Positions 21,065-34,922 are shown, counted from the first letter of the stretch. The stretch is DNA of 64,000 bases from Escherichia coli (GCF_003334315.1 NZ_QOWR01000015.1); one strand, 5' to 3'. Numbers and translations: made by a program. The notes: a model not told the origin generated them from the sequence alone.

Positions 21065-22163
21065 TCATAACCCTGCTTTCAAACTTGCTTCGATAAATTG
21101 ATCCAGGCTGCCGTCCAGCACGGCCTGCGTGTTGCGGGTTTCTACCCCGGTGCGCAGATCTTTAATGCGGGAGTCATCAAGGACATAAGAACGAATCTGG
21201 CTGCCCCAGCCGATGTCGGATTTGTTATCTTCCATCGCCTGTTTCTCGGCATTTTTCTTCTGCATCTCCAGTTCATAAAGCTTCGCTTTCATCTGCTTCA
21301 TGGCCTGGTCTTTGTTCTTGTGCTGGGAACGGTCGTTCTGGCACTGGGTCACGATCCCGGTCGGGATGTGGGTAATACGCACCGCAGATTCGGTACGGTT
21401 AACGTGCTGACCGCCCGCGCCGGACGCGCGATAAACGTCAATGCGCAGATCCGCCGGGTTGATTTCGATATCAATATCATCATCAACTTCCGGATAAACA
21501 AACGCGGAGCTGAACGACGTGTGGCGACGACCGCCGGAGTCAAACGGGCTCTTACGCACCAGGCGGTGAACGCCAGTTTCTGTACGCAGCCAGCCGTAAG
21601 CGTAATCGCCGGAGATTTTGATCGTCACGGATTTAATACCCGCCACTTCACCTTCCGACTCTTCGATGATTTCAGTTTTGAAACCACGCGATTCTGCCCA
21701 GCGCAGATACATACGCTCAAGCATGCTCGCCCAGTCCTGTGCTTCCGTACCGCCAGACCCCGCCTGAATATCGAGGTAGCAGTCGGCGCTGTCATATTCG
21801 CCAGAGAACATACGGCGGAACTCAAGCTGCGCCAGTTTTTCTTCCAGGGCGTCGAGTTCAGCAACGGCTTCGTTAAAGGTTTCTTCGTCGTCAGCTTCTA
21901 CAGCCAGTTCCAGCAGACCAGAAACATCTTCCAGCCCCTGTTTCATTTGGTCGAGGGTGTCGACAACGGCTTCGAGGGAGGAACGCTCTTTACCCAGCGC
22001 CTGTGCGCGTTCGGGTTCGTTCCAGACATCCGGCTGTTCCAGCTCGGCGTTTACTTCTTCCAGACGCTCTTTCTTGGCGTCGTAGTCAAAGATACCCCCT
22101 AAGAACGTCGGAGCGTTCCGTGAGGTCCTGAATGCGATTATTTACCGGATTAATTTCAAACAT
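21065..22163 (-). CDS. prfB: Peptide chain release factor 2, expressed through a programmed +1 frameshift
   Basis: Frame-0 start ATG at 22161-22163 encodes [25 protein letters not shown] then hits in-frame TGA (22086-22088); the +1 frame continues from 22087 to the stop at 21065 and contains the GGQ motif. Confidence 0.95.
22085..22100 (-). promoter_or_regulatory. prfB autoregulatory +1 frameshift site
   Basis: Minus-strand sequence AGGGGGTATCTTTGAC: internal Shine-Dalgarno-like element, then the CUU slippery codon and in-frame UGA. Confidence 0.9.
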
Positions 22164-22204
22164 GGTCTGATTTCTTTTATTGAGCTAGTCAAAATGCGGT
22201 GATA

Positions 22205-22238
22205 AGAGCGGGATTGTACCCAATCCACGCTCTTTTTT
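22205..22238 (+). terminator. Terminator-like hairpin with plus-strand T-run between recJ and prfB
   Basis: About 12-bp stem (AGAGCGGGATTG / CAATCCaCGCTCT) followed by TTTTTT on the plus strand, 16 bp downstream of the recJ stop. Confidence 0.4.
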
Positions 22239-22253
22239 ATAGAGAAGATGACG

Positions 22254-23987
22254 CTAAATTGGCCAGATACTGTCGATGATAATTTGCAGGCTGCGGTTGC
22301 CGCGAAACTCGTTGATATCGAGCTTATAAGCCAGTTGCACTTCGCGCACGCCGTTATCCGGCCAGAGGGCGGTATCGACATTAAAAGCAATACCATCCAG
22401 CAGTGGACCGCCGCCGACCGGTTCGACCATCACCTTCAAATGACGTTCGCCCACCAGCCGCTGTTGCAGCAGACGGAAATGACCGTCAAACAGCGGCTCC
22501 GGGAACATCTGCCCCCACGGGCCAGCATCGCGCAGCAGCTGCGCCACTTCCATGGTCATTTCGGCCGGGCTTAACGGACCGTCTGATACCACTTCGCCTT
22601 GCAATAGCGAAGGGTCCAGCCACTCAGTAACCAGTTCGCCAAACCGTTGTTGAAAGAGTTTGAATTTATCCTCTTCCAGCGACAAACCCGCCGCCATCGC
22701 ATGACCGCCAAACTTCAGCATCATGCCAGGGTAGAGTGTGTCTAATCGCTCCAGCGCATCACGCATATGCAGCCCCTGAATGGAGCGACCGGAACCTTTC
22801 AGCGTACCGTCACCTGCTGGCGCAAACGCGATAACCGGACGGTGAAAACGCTCTTTGATGCGCGAAGCCAGAATACCAACAACGCCCTGATGCCATTCGG
22901 GGTGATACATTGCCAGCCCGCCGGGTAGCGTGTCACGGCTGCGCTCCAGTTTCTCGCACAGGGTCAGGGCTTCAATTTGCATTCCTTGTTCGATCTCTTT
23001 TCGCGTCTGGTTTAGCGCATCGAGTTCATTTGCCAGCACGCGCGCTTCGCCGATGTTGTCGCACAACAACAGCGCCACACCGACGGACATATCGTCCAGT
23101 CGTCCGGCAGCATTGAGACGTGGCCCCAGCGCAAAACCTAAATCGCTGGCGGCGAGTTTTTGTGCATCACGGTTTGCCACTTCAAGCAGCGCTTTAATCC
23201 CCGGACGGCACTTTCCGGCTCGGATGCGACTCATCCCCTGCCAGGTCAGAATGCGATTATTAGCGTCCAGCGGCACGACGTCCGCCACTGTCCCCAGCGC
23301 GACCAGATCCAGCAGTTCTGCCAGGTTAGGAATTGCGATGTTACGCTCATCAAACCAGCCCTGATCGCGCAAAAAGGTGCGCAGCGCCAGCATCAGATAA
23401 AACGCCACACCCACGCCTGCCAGTGATTTCGACGGGAAATTACAGTCGCGCAAGTTAGGGTTAATGATCGCTTCCGCTGCGGGTAATGTGTCGCCCGGCA
23501 AATGGTGATCGGTAACAATAACCGGGATGCCCAACGAGCGAGCGTGCTCAACTCCCGCATGGGAGGAAATACCGTTATCCACCGTGACAATTAACTGCGC
23601 GCCACGGGCATGGGCCTGATCGACCACTTCCGGGCTTAAGCCGTAACCGTCTTCGAAACGGTTTGGTACCAGGTAGTCGATATTGCTGCAACCAAGCGAG
23701 CGCATCGCCAGCACGCTTAGAGCCGTGCTGGTGGCACCGTCGGCGTCGAAATCACCGACCACAATAATCCGCGTTCCTTCGCGAAAAGCGTTGTAAAGGA
23801 TCTCAACGGCCTTTTCGACGCCGCTCAGTTGCTGCCAGGGCAGCATACCTTTAACACTGCGTTCCAGTTCTTGCGCACTGCGTACTCCCCGGCTGGCGTA
23901 TAAACGGCGCAGCAAGGGAGGCAATTCCGCGGGCAAGTCTGCCGTTTCATCGACTTCACGGCGACGAAGTTGTATCTGTTGTTTCAC
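22254..23987 (-). CDS. recJ: Single-stranded-DNA-specific exonuclease RecJ
   Basis: 577-aa ORF with DHH phosphoesterase motifs. Confidence 0.95.
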   Translation of the reverse strand: MKQQIQLRRREVDETADLPAELPPLLRRLYASRGVRSAQELERSVKGMLPWQQLSGVEKAVEILYNAFREGTRIIVVGDFDADGATSTALSVLAMRSLGCSNIDYLVPNRFEDGYGLSPEVVDQAHARGAQLIVTVDNGISSHAGVEHARSLGIPVIVTDHHLPGDTLPAAEAIINPNLRDCNFPSKSLAGVGVAFYLMLALRTFLRDQGWFDERNIAIPNLAELLDLVALGTVADVVPLDANNRILTWQGMSRIRAGKCRPGIKALLEVANRDAQKLAASDLGFALGPRLNAAGRLDDMSVGVALLLCDNIGEARVLANELDALNQTRKEIEQGMQIEALTLCEKLERSRDTLPGGLAMYHPEWHQGVVGILASRIKERFHRPVIAFAPAGDGTLKGSGRSIQGLHMRDALERLDTLYPGMMLKFGGHAMAAGLSLEEDKFKLFQQRFGELVTEWLDPSLLQGEVVSDGPLSPAEMTMEVAQLLRDAGPWGQMFPEPLFDGHFRLLQQRLVGERHLKVMVEPVGGGPLLDGIAFNVDTALWPDNGVREVQLAYKLDINEFRGNRSLQIIIDSIWPI

Positions 23988-23992
23988 GCGAA

Positions 23993-24703
23993 TTATTTAC
24001 CGCTGGTCATTTTTTGGTGTTCGTCGAGGAATTCTTTCATCTCTTTCGGCGGCTGGTAACCCGGAACAAGTGTGCCATTGCTCAGCACAACTGCCGGAGT
24101 ACCGCTAACGCCAAGCTGGACGCCAAGTGCGTAATGGTCGGCAATATCCACGTCGCAGCTGGCTGGTGCGACGCTTTTACCTGCCATCACATCATCAAAC
24201 GCTTTGTTTTTATCTTTCGCACACCAGATAGCTTTCATTTCTTTCTCTGCATCGCTGTCCAGCCCCTGGCGCGGGAAAGCAAGATAACGCACGGTGATCC
24301 CCAGCGCGTTATAGTCTGCCATTTGCTCATGCAGTTTGTGGCAGTAACCACAGGTAATATCAGTAAACACGGTGATGACGTGTTTTTCCTGCGGCGCTTT
24401 ATAAACGATCATCTCTTTTTCAAGCGCATTCAACTGCTTTAACAGCATCTTATTGGTGACATTGACCGGAGCCGTGCCGCTAACGTCATACATTGGCCCC
24501 TGAATGATATGTTTACCATCATCGGTGATGTACAACACGCCGCTGTTAGTCAGAACTGTCTTCATGCCAGCTACGGGCGCGGGCTGAATATCGCTGCTTT
24601 TGATGCCCATTTTGGCTAACGTTTGTTGAATTGCCGCGTCATCAGCCTGAGCAAAACCTGAAAACGCCGCTAACAAAGTAAACAACATAAAACCTTTCTT
24701 CAT
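23993..24703 (-). CDS. dsbC: Thiol:disulfide interchange protein DsbC
   Basis: 236-aa ORF with signal peptide and CGYC active site. Confidence 0.95.
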   Translation of the reverse strand: MKKGFMLFTLLAAFSGFAQADDAAIQQTLAKMGIKSSDIQPAPVAGMKTVLTNSGVLYITDDGKHIIQGPMYDVSGTAPVNVTNKMLLKQLNALEKEMIVYKAPQEKHVITVFTDITCGYCHKLHEQMADYNALGITVRYLAFPRQGLDSDAEKEMKAIWCAKDKNKAFDDVMAGKSVAPASCDVDIADHYALGVQLGVSGTPAVVLSNGTLVPGYQPPKEMKEFLDEHQKMTSGK

Positions 24704-24727
24704 AAATCTTCCCGTTCTTTTCAGACA

Positions 24728-25624
24728 TCACGCCCGCGGGTGATGCTGTTGATGAAGTTGCCGCAGACGCTCGGTAGCGACATGCGTATAAATTTGCGTG
24801 GTGGAGAGGTCGCTGTGGCCCAGTAGCATCTGCACCACGCGTAAATCCGCACCATGATTTAATAAATGGGTGGCAAAAGCGTGACGCAACACATGCGGTG
24901 ACAGCTTTTCGCTGTCGATACCCGCCAGCACGGCATAATGTTTAATGCGGTGCCAGAAGGTCTGTCGCGTCATCTGCTGCGCACGCTGGCTGGGGAACAA
25001 CACATCAATAGAGACACCGTTCAACAACCACGGTCGCCCATGCTCGAGATACGTTTCCAGCCAGTAAACCGCCTCTTCACCTAACGGCACCAGGCGCTCT
25101 TTGTTGCCTTTACCAATGACCCGCACTACGCCCTGACGCAGGCTGATATCACTCATTGTCAGTCCGACCAGTTCAGAGACACGCAGCCCGGTAGCATACA
25201 ACACTTCAAGCATGGCTTTATCGCGTAGCTCCAGTGGCTGATCAATTAATGGTGCCTGTAATAAACGTTCGACCTGCGCTTCGCTTAAATCTTTTGGCAA
25301 ACGCTGTGGCAATTTCGGTGAAGCGAGATGCGCACTGGGATCGTCTTCACGAAACTTTTCGCGATAAAGATACTGGAACAATCGGCGCACTGCACTCAGC
25401 AAACGCGCTGAGCTGGTGGCTTTATACCCGCCCTCCAGCCGTTCTGCCAGTAATGCCTGCAAATCGTCACTTTGCGCCGTCGCCAGCGTCAACCCGCGGT
25501 GATGCAACCACTCCACCATCATTGACAGATCGCGACGGTAAGCGTTCAACGTATTTTCAGCCAGATTTTTTTCCAGCCACAGAGCATCAAGAAACTGCTC
25601 GATGCGTGCCAGATCCTGTTTCAC
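24728..25624 (-). CDS. xerD: Tyrosine site-specific recombinase XerD
   Basis: 298-aa ORF with the C-terminal catalytic region of a tyrosine recombinase (HVLRHAFATHLL, YTHV). Confidence 0.95.
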   Translation of the reverse strand: MKQDLARIEQFLDALWLEKNLAENTLNAYRRDLSMMVEWLHHRGLTLATAQSDDLQALLAERLEGGYKATSSARLLSAVRRLFQYLYREKFREDDPSAHLASPKLPQRLPKDLSEAQVERLLQAPLIDQPLELRDKAMLEVLYATGLRVSELVGLTMSDISLRQGVVRVIGKGNKERLVPLGEEAVYWLETYLEHGRPWLLNGVSIDVLFPSQRAQQMTRQTFWHRIKHYAVLAGIDSEKLSPHVLRHAFATHLLNHGADLRVVQMLLGHSDLSTTQIYTHVATERLRQLHQQHHPRA

Positions 25625-25735
25625 TTGCGCCCCTTATGGTCACTCATTTGATCCATTATGCCTTATTGTGCCGTGACTAAAGCGATTCTGATACACTAGC
25701 TGCAAAAGCCACAGCAGAATCGAGAAGCTTACGTT

Positions 25736-26257
25736 ATGAATATGGGTCTTTTTTACGGTTCCAGCACCTGTTACACCGAAATGGCGGCAGAAAAAATCCG
25801 CGATATTATCGGCCCAGAACTGGTGACCTTACATAACCTCAAGGACGACTCCCCGAAATTAATGGAGCAGTACGATGTGCTCATTCTGGGTATCCCGACC
25901 TGGGATTTTGGTGAAATCCAGGAAGACTGGGAAGCCGTCTGGGATCAGCTCGACGACCTGAACCTTGAAGGTAAAATTGTTGCGCTGTATGGGCTTGGCG
26001 ATCAACTGGGATACGGCGAGTGGTTCCTCGATGCGCTCGGTATGCTGCATGACAAACTCTCGACCAAAGGCGTGAAGTTCGTCGGCTACTGGCCAACGGA
26101 AGGATATGAATTTACCAGCCCGAAACCGGTGATTGCTGACGGGCAACTGTTCGTGGGTCTGGCGCTGGATGAAACTAACCAGTATGACCTTAGCGACGAG
26201 CGTATTCAGAGCTGGTGCGAGCAAATCCTCAACGAAATGGCAGAGCATTACGCCTGA
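25736..26257 (+). CDS. fldB: Flavodoxin 2
   Basis: 173-aa long-chain flavodoxin ORF. Confidence 0.95.
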
Positions 26258-26296
26258 TCTCACTGACGGCTTAGCGCATATGCTTTGCCGTCATCT

Positions 26297-26963
<667 letters not shown>

Positions 26964-27193
26964 TCACGAAAATCCAGTACCCGGCTATTGTAACGTGTTT
27001 TTCGCCTTCTTTTACGGGAATATCAGTAAACACCATCGCGATCGCGAAATTAATTCACAACAATTCAATGGCTTCATTTTTTTGGAAGTCGCCTCGCAGA
27101 AGGCACAGATCGCGTAGTGAAAGCACTTGCATTGCCTCATAGCTCTTTTACCATTAGTCATTAATACGCCGTTAAGCAACTCAGGACTCTATT

Positions 27194-28174
27194 ATGGCTT
27201 TTACACCTTTTCCTCCCCGTCAGCCTACGGCTTCTGCCCGTTTACCGCTGACGCTGATGACGCTTGATGACTGGGCGCTTGCCACCATTACTGGCGCGGA
27301 CAGCGAAAAATATATGCAGGGTCAGGTGACAGCAGATGTCAGCCAGATGGCAGAAGATCAGCACCTGCTCGCCGCCCATTGCGACGCCAAAGGTAAAATG
27401 TGGAGCAATTTACGTCTGTTCCGCGACGGCGATGGCTTTGCATGGATTGAACGGCGCAGCGTGCGTGAACCGCAGCTGACTGAACTGAAAAAATATGCGG
27501 TATTCTCTAAAGTGACCATCGCGCCAGACGACGAGCGTGTGCTGCTTGGTGTTGCCGGTTTTCAGGCGCGCGCCGCGCTGGCAAATCTCTTTAGCGAACT
27601 GCCTTCGAAAGAAAAACAGGTAGTCAAAGAAGGCGCGACCACTTTGCTATGGTTTGAACACCCGGCAGAACGTTTCCTGATCGTAACCGATGAAGCTACT
27701 GCTAATATGCTGACCGATAAACTGCGCGGTGAAGCGGAACTGAACAATAGCCAACAGTGGCTGGCATTAAACATTGAAGCGGGTTTCCCGGTGATTGATG
27801 CCGCCAACAGCGGGCAGTTTATCCCACAGGCGACCAATCTCCAGGCGCTGGGCGGTATCAGCTTTAAGAAAGGCTGTTATACCGGACAAGAGATGGTGGC
27901 GCGAGCAAAATTCCGTGGTGCCAATAAACGTGCGCTCTGGTTGCTGGCAGGTAGCGCCAGCCGACTGCCGGAAGCTGGTGAAGACTTAGAGCTGAAAATG
28001 GGCGAGAACTGGCGTCGTACCGGTACGGTGCTGGCTGCGGTAAAACTGGAAGATGGTCAGGTCGTGGTACAGGTCGTCATGAATAACGATATGGAACCGG
28101 ATAGCATCTTCCGCGTACGCGACGATGCGAATACATTGCATATCGAGCCGCTGCCGTATTCGCTCGAAGAGTAA
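27194..28174 (+). CDS. ygfZ: Folate-binding tRNA-modification protein YgfZ
   Basis: 326-aa ORF, GcvT-like fold family. Confidence 0.9.
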   Translation: MAFTPFPPRQPTASARLPLTLMTLDDWALATITGADSEKYMQGQVTADVSQMAEDQHLLAAHCDAKGKMWSNLRLFRDGDGFAWIERRSVREPQLTELKKYAVFSKVTIAPDDERVLLGVAGFQARAALANLFSELPSKEKQVVKEGATTLLWFEHPAERFLIVTDEATANMLTDKLRGEAELNNSQQWLALNIEAGFPVIDAANSGQFIPQATNLQALGGISFKKGCYTGQEMVARAKFRGANKRALWLLAGSASRLPEAGEDLELKMGENWRRTGTVLAAVKLEDGQVVVQVVMNNDMEPDSIFRVRDDANTLHIEPLPYSLEE

Positions 28175-28179
28175 ATCTC

Positions 28180-28365
28180 TTTATCGCATCAGGCATTTAT
28201 CGCCTGATGCGACGCTGGCGCGTCTTATCATGTCTGGGATTTGATGCCTTTATCACAACAGGGACGAGGCCCGTAGATCGGATAAGGCGTTCACGCCGAA
28301 TCCGGCAGTTGTGCTCCGATGCCTGATGCGACGCTGGCGCGTCTTATCAGGCCTACAAAGGCATA
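28180..28365. repeat. REP/BIME cluster (three REP units)
   Basis: Two copies of GCCTGATGCGACGCTGGCGCGTCTTATCA (28202-28229 and 28321-28348) flank an inverted REP (CGGATAAGGCGTTCACGCCGAATCCGGC). Confidence 0.7.
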
Positions 28366-28369
28366 CCCA

Positions 28370-29032
<663 letters not shown>

Positions 29033-29192
29033 TTACTCCGGAGAAACGTACACGCACATGTATACCTCTCCAGCGTAACTGAGAATAGTTCCAGTGAACA
29101 CCTGTTAGCTAAAATAAATTCTGATTTGAGACTAATCTCCTAAAAATCATGAAATTAAATGCGAAATTTCAACCAACAGGCGTGAGTTCAAT

Positions 29193-29504
29193 TTAAAGAC
29201 ATTTAAATTCAATCACATAAAACTGTGTCTGACCGGGATAGATGTCGGCAATGACCTTTATCAGTTCAGTCAGGGTCATATTTTCCTGCTCTGCATGTTT
29301 TTCCGTCAGCGTATCCAGCGTTACGGTTGAGGTTGCGGTGACTTCAATCGTGCAAAAATAACCGTCATCTTCAAAACGCCCGACACGAAGCACATCACCC
29401 GTTTTGAAGTGCGATTCAGACTCGTCGCGGATGGTGATGGTTTTACGCCCAGCCAGAATGTCATCCTGGAAACGTTGAAAAAAAGTGATGTCGTTTGGCT
29501 GCAT
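29193..29504 (-). CDS. yqfB: ASCH-domain protein YqfB
   Basis: 103-aa ORF; divergent from bglA. Confidence 0.85.
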
Positions 29505-29521
29505 GGTACTATTTCCTGTAA

Positions 29522-30982
<1,461 letters not shown>

Positions 30983-30994
30983 GTCGATGAAGTA

Positions 30995-31020
30995 CCGGAT
31001 GCAATACTTGTTGCATCCGG
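30995..31020 (+). terminator. Strong hairpin after bglA (terminator-like; T-tract not immediately adjacent)
   Basis: Perfect 10-bp stem CCGGATGCAA / TTGCATCCGG starting 13 nt after the bglA stop; T-rich stretch follows about 10 nt later. Confidence 0.4.
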
Positions 31021-31038
31021 TCAGACAACTTCCCTGTT

Positions 31039-31782
31039 TTATTTCCCGCCCGCCAAATCGATAAAACTTCCCGTGACGTAAGAGGCTTTATCACTTAGTA
31101 GCCAGACAATGGCCTGCGCGACCTCTTCTGCCTGTCCACCACGCTGCATGGGGATGTTCGACTTAACGCGATCGACGCGTCCAGGCTCGCCGCCGCTGGC
31201 GTGCATTTCGGTATAAATAAACCCTGGCCGCACGCAGTTAACGCGGATCCCCTGCGCGGCGACTTCCAGCGATAGTCCGGTGGTTAACGTATCAATCGCC
31301 CCTTTCGATGCCGCGTAATCAACATATTCCCCTGGCGAACCCAACCGTGAGGCCACCGAAGAGACATTGACGATAGCGCCGCCACTGCCACCATTTTTAA
31401 GCGCCATGCGTTTTACCGCCTCGCGGCAGCAGAGAAAATATCCCGTCACGTTGGTGGAAAGTACTCGGTTGATTCGCTCTGCGGTAAGGTTTTCAACGGT
31501 GCACTGGGTAAACAAGATCCCGGCGTTATTGACCAGCGCTGCTAGCGGTTCATCGTGCTGATCGATTGCTGTAAACATTGCGATGACCTGATTTTCGTCG
31601 CTGATATCCGCCTGGAGCACGAATGCTTTGCCACCGGCTTGCGTTATTAAGTTCATCACTTCCTGCGCCGCGTGGAGGTTTTGCTGATAATTAACCGCCA
31701 CCGTATACCCTTCTTGCGCCAACAGTAATGCAGTTGCCCGCCCGATGCCGCGACTGCCACCAGTCACAAGTGCTATAGCCAT
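31039..31782 (-). CDS. ygfF: Short-chain dehydrogenase/reductase (YgfF)
   Basis: 247-aa ORF with TGGSRGIG cofactor-binding motif and the SDR catalytic Y-x3-K motif. Confidence 0.85.
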   Translation of the reverse strand: MAIALVTGGSRGIGRATALLLAQEGYTVAVNYQQNLHAAQEVMNLITQAGGKAFVLQADISDENQVIAMFTAIDQHDEPLAALVNNAGILFTQCTVENLTAERINRVLSTNVTGYFLCCREAVKRMALKNGGSGGAIVNVSSVASRLGSPGEYVDYAASKGAIDTLTTGLSLEVAAQGIRVNCVRPGFIYTEMHASGGEPGRVDRVKSNIPMQRGGQAEEVAQAIVWLLSDKASYVTGSFIDLAGGK

Positions 31783-31865
31783 TTGTTTTTCCGAGAAAAA
31801 TTAATTCGTTGACGTATCTTTGAGATTGCTAACAAACTGGCTCAATCTTCAATGTTGGCACGCTT

Positions 31866-31972
31866 TTCCCCCTCGCCCTTTCAGGGAGAGGGCCGGGGTG
31901 AGGGTAAATATTCGCGCCAGTGCCGGCCTGTTCCCCTCACCCTAACCCTCTCCCCAAAGGGGCGAGGGGACT
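31866..31972. repeat. GC-rich imperfect palindromic intergenic repeat (about 105 bp)
   Basis: Arms CCCCTCGCC / GGCGAGGGG, GGGAGAGGG / CCCTCTCC and GGGGTGAGGG / CCCCTCACCC pair across a central spacer. Confidence 0.5.
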
Positions 31973-32003
31973 GTCTGAGCACTTTTGTACTTTGTCATCT
32001 GAC

Positions 32004-32026
32004 TAAAAAGGCGCCGAAGCGCCTTT
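32004..32026 (-). terminator. Intrinsic terminator after gcvP
   Basis: Minus-strand hairpin GGCGC-UUCG-GCGCC followed by UUUUU; about 25 nt after the gcvP stop. Confidence 0.55.
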
Positions 32027-32048
32027 AGAAAATAGTCGAATCAGTGAA

Positions 32049-34922
32049 TTACTGGTATTCGCTAATCGGTACGCAGGAGCAGAACAGGTTACGGTCGCCG
32101 TAAACATCATCCAGACGTTTCACTGTCGGCCAGTATTTGTCTGCCACACCTGCCGGGAATACCGCAACTTCACGGCTGTACGGATGCGCCCACTCGGCGA
32201 CCAGTTCGCTCTGAATGTGCGGCGCGTTCACCAGCGGGTTATCTTCCAGCGGCCAGACACCGGCTTTCACCTGGTCAATTTCTGCGCGGATAGCCAGCAT
32301 CGCGTCGATAAAGCGATCCAGTTCCACTTTGCTTTCAGATTCAGTCGGTTCAACCATCAGCGTACCCGCCACCGGGAACGACATCGTCGGCGCGTGGAAA
32401 CCGTAGTCGATCAGGCGCTTGGCAATATCCAGCTCGCTGATGCCGGTTTCTTCTTTCAGCGGGCGAATATCGAGAATACATTCGTGCGCCACGCGACCGT
32501 CGCGACCGGTATACAGCACCGGGAAGGCATCCTGCAGGCGGCTGGCAATATAGTTGGCGTTGAGGATTGCCACCTGGCTTGCTTTTTTCAGCCCTTCTGC
32601 GCCCATCATGCGGATGTACATCCAGCTGATTGGCAGGATAGAGGCGCTACCGAACGGTGCCGCAGAAACCGCACCCTGACGGGTTAACATGCCTTCGATT
32701 TGCACCACGCTATGACCCGGTACAAACGGTGCCAAATGCGCTTTCACGCCGATCGGTCCCATACCCGGACCACCACCGCCGTGCGGAATGCAGAAAGTTT
32801 TATGTAGGTTAAGGTGTGAAACGTCCGCACCAATAAAGCCCGGCGAGGTGATGCCAACCTGGGCGTTCATGTTCGCGCCATCAAGGTAAACCTGACCGCC
32901 GAACTGATGCACGACTTCACACACTTCACGGATCGTTTCTTCATACACGCCGTGGGTAGAAGGATAAGTCACCATGATACAGGAGAGGTTATCGCCCGCC
33001 TGTTCCGCTTTCGCGCGCAGATCAGTCAGATCGATGTTGCCGTTTTTATCACACGCCACAACCACCACCTGCATTCCTGCCATATGTGCAGAAGCGGGGT
33101 TAGTTCCGTGCGCAGAAGCCGGGATCAGGCAGATATCGCGATGCCCTTCGTTGCGGCTTTCATGATAATGACGAATCGCCAGCAGGCCCGCGTATTCGCC
33201 CTGTGCGCCAGAGTTCGGCTGCATACAAACGGCGTCGTAACCGGTCAGTTTCACCAGCCAGTCAGCCAGCTGCGCAATCATCTGCTGATAACCTTCGGCC
33301 TGCTCCGGCGGGCAGAACGGGTGCAGTTCGGCAAATTCCGGCCAGGTGATTGGGATCATCTCGGCGGCGGCGTTCAGTTTCATGGTGCAGGAACCCAGCG
33401 GGATCATCGCCTGATTCAGCGCCAGATCTTTACGCTCCAGCGAGTGCATATAGCGCATCATTTCGGTTTCGCTGTGGTAGCGATTAAACACCGGATGGGT
33501 GAGGATTTCGTCGTCGCGCAGCATCGCAGGCTGGATAGAGCGGCTGTCGTGAGCCACGTCTTTGTCCAGCGTGTCGATGTCCAGGCCGTGGTTATCGCCC
33601 AGCAGCACGTTGAAAAGCTGCATTACGTTTTCACGCGTGGTTGTTTCATCAAGGGTGATCCCAACCGCGTTCAGAATATCGCTACGCAGGTTGATTTCAG
33701 CCGCTTCGGCACGCGTCAGTACGCCCGCTTTGTCGGCCACTTCCACACACAAGGTGTCGAAATAGTGCGCATGGCGCAGTTTCAGACCTTTTTGTTGCAG
33801 GCCCGCCGCCAGGATATCGGTCAGACGGTGAATGCGGTTAGCGATACGTTTCAGGCCAACCGGGCCGTGATAAACGGCATACAGGCTGGCGATGTTTGCC
33901 AGCAGTACCTGGGAAGTACAAATGTTGGAGTTCGCTTTCTCACGGCGGATATGTTGCTCGCGAGTCTGCATCGCCATGCGCAGCGCGGTATTGCCAGCTG
34001 CATCTTTCGATACACCGATAATACGGCCCGGCATTGAGCGTTTGTATTCATCTTTCGCCGCAAAGAATGCCGCGTGTGGGCCACCGTAGCCCATCGGCAC
34101 GCCGAAGCGTTGCGCCGAACCAAAAACAATATCCGCGCCCTGTTTACCCGGCGCAGTTAACAGCACCAGCGCCATAATATCGGCGGCAACGCTGACCACA
34201 ATTTTGCGTGATTTCAGTTCGCTAATAAGCGCAGTGTAGTCGTGAATTTCACCGGTAGTGCCTACCTGCTGTAACAGCACGCCGAAGACGTCCTGATGGT
34301 CGAGCACTTTTTGCGCGTCATCGACAATCACTTCAAAACCAAAGGTTTCGGCACGAGTACGGACCACATCCAGCGTTTGCGGATGCACATCGGAAGCCAC
34401 GAAGAAGCGGTTGGCATTTTTCAGTTTGCTGACGCGTTTCGCCATCGCCATTGCTTCGGCGGCAGCGGTGGCCTCGTCCAGAAGAGAAGCAGAGGCCATA
34501 TCCAGTCCAGTCAAATCCAGCGTTACCTGCTGGAAGTTGAGCAGTGCTTCAAGGCGGCCCTGGGAGACTTCAGGTTGATACGGAGTGTACGCGGTATACC
34601 AGCCCGGATTTTCCAGCATGTTACGCAGGATAACCGGCGGTAGCTGCACGGCGGTGTAACCCATGCCGATGTAAGACGTGAAGCGTTTATTGCGACTGGC
34701 AATAGCCTTGAGTTCTGCCAGTGCGGCGTATTCGGTCGCCGGTGCGCCAACCTGCGGTGGTGTCGCAAGTTGAATATCTTTCGGCACAATCTGGCCGGTC
34801 AGCGCGTTTAACGATTGTGCACCAACGGCATTCAGCATTTCTTGCTGTTGCGCGGCGTCCGGTCCGATATGGCGTTCAATAAAAGCGCCGCTGTTTTCAA
34901 GCTGGCTTAACGTCTGTGTCAT
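32049..34922 (-). CDS. gcvP: Glycine dehydrogenase (decarboxylating), glycine cleavage P protein
   Basis: 957-aa ORF; PLP-dependent P-protein sequence. Confidence 0.95.
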   Translation of the reverse strand: MTQTLSQLENSGAFIERHIGPDAAQQQEMLNAVGAQSLNALTGQIVPKDIQLATPPQVGAPATEYAALAELKAIASRNKRFTSYIGMGYTAVQLPPVILRNMLENPGWYTAYTPYQPEVSQGRLEALLNFQQVTLDLTGLDMASASLLDEATAAAEAMAMAKRVSKLKNANRFFVASDVHPQTLDVVRTRAETFGFEVIVDDAQKVLDHQDVFGVLLQQVGTTGEIHDYTALISELKSRKIVVSVAADIMALVLLTAPGKQGADIVFGSAQRFGVPMGYGGPHAAFFAAKDEYKRSMPGRIIGVSKDAAGNTALRMAMQTREQHIRREKANSNICTSQVLLANIASLYAVYHGPVGLKRIANRIHRLTDILAAGLQQKGLKLRHAHYFDTLCVEVADKAGVLTRAEAAEINLRSDILNAVGITLDETTTRENVMQLFNVLLGDNHGLDIDTLDKDVAHDSRSIQPAMLRDDEILTHPVFNRYHSETEMMRYMHSLERKDLALNQAMIPLGSCTMKLNAAAEMIPITWPEFAELHPFCPPEQAEGYQQMIAQLADWLVKLTGYDAVCMQPNSGAQGEYAGLLAIRHYHESRNEGHRDICLIPASAHGTNPASAHMAGMQVVVVACDKNGNIDLTDLRAKAEQAGDNLSCIMVTYPSTHGVYEETIREVCEVVHQFGGQVYLDGANMNAQVGITSPGFIGADVSHLNLHKTFCIPHGGGGPGMGPIGVKAHLAPFVPGHSVVQIEGMLTRQGAVSAAPFGSASILPISWMYIRMMGAEGLKKASQVAILNANYIASRLQDAFPVLYTGRDGRVAHECILDIRPLKEETGISELDIAKRLIDYGFHAPTMSFPVAGTLMVEPTESESKVELDRFIDAMLAIRAEIDQVKAGVWPLEDNPLVNAPHIQSELVAEWAHPYSREVAVFPAGVADKYWPTVKRLDDVYGDRNLFCSCVPISEYQ

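Noticed and set aside
19655-21070. 471-aa plus-strand ORF
   Set aside because: Lies entirely antisense to lysS, whose protein is clearly recognisable; its low-complexity, R/F/V-rich translation is typical of a shadow ORF.
21098-22102. 334-aa plus-strand ORF
   Set aside because: Antisense to prfB; shadow ORF.
32907-34037. 376-aa plus-strand ORF
   Set aside because: Antisense to the gcvP coding sequence; no ribosome-binding site and no recognisable domain; shadow ORF.
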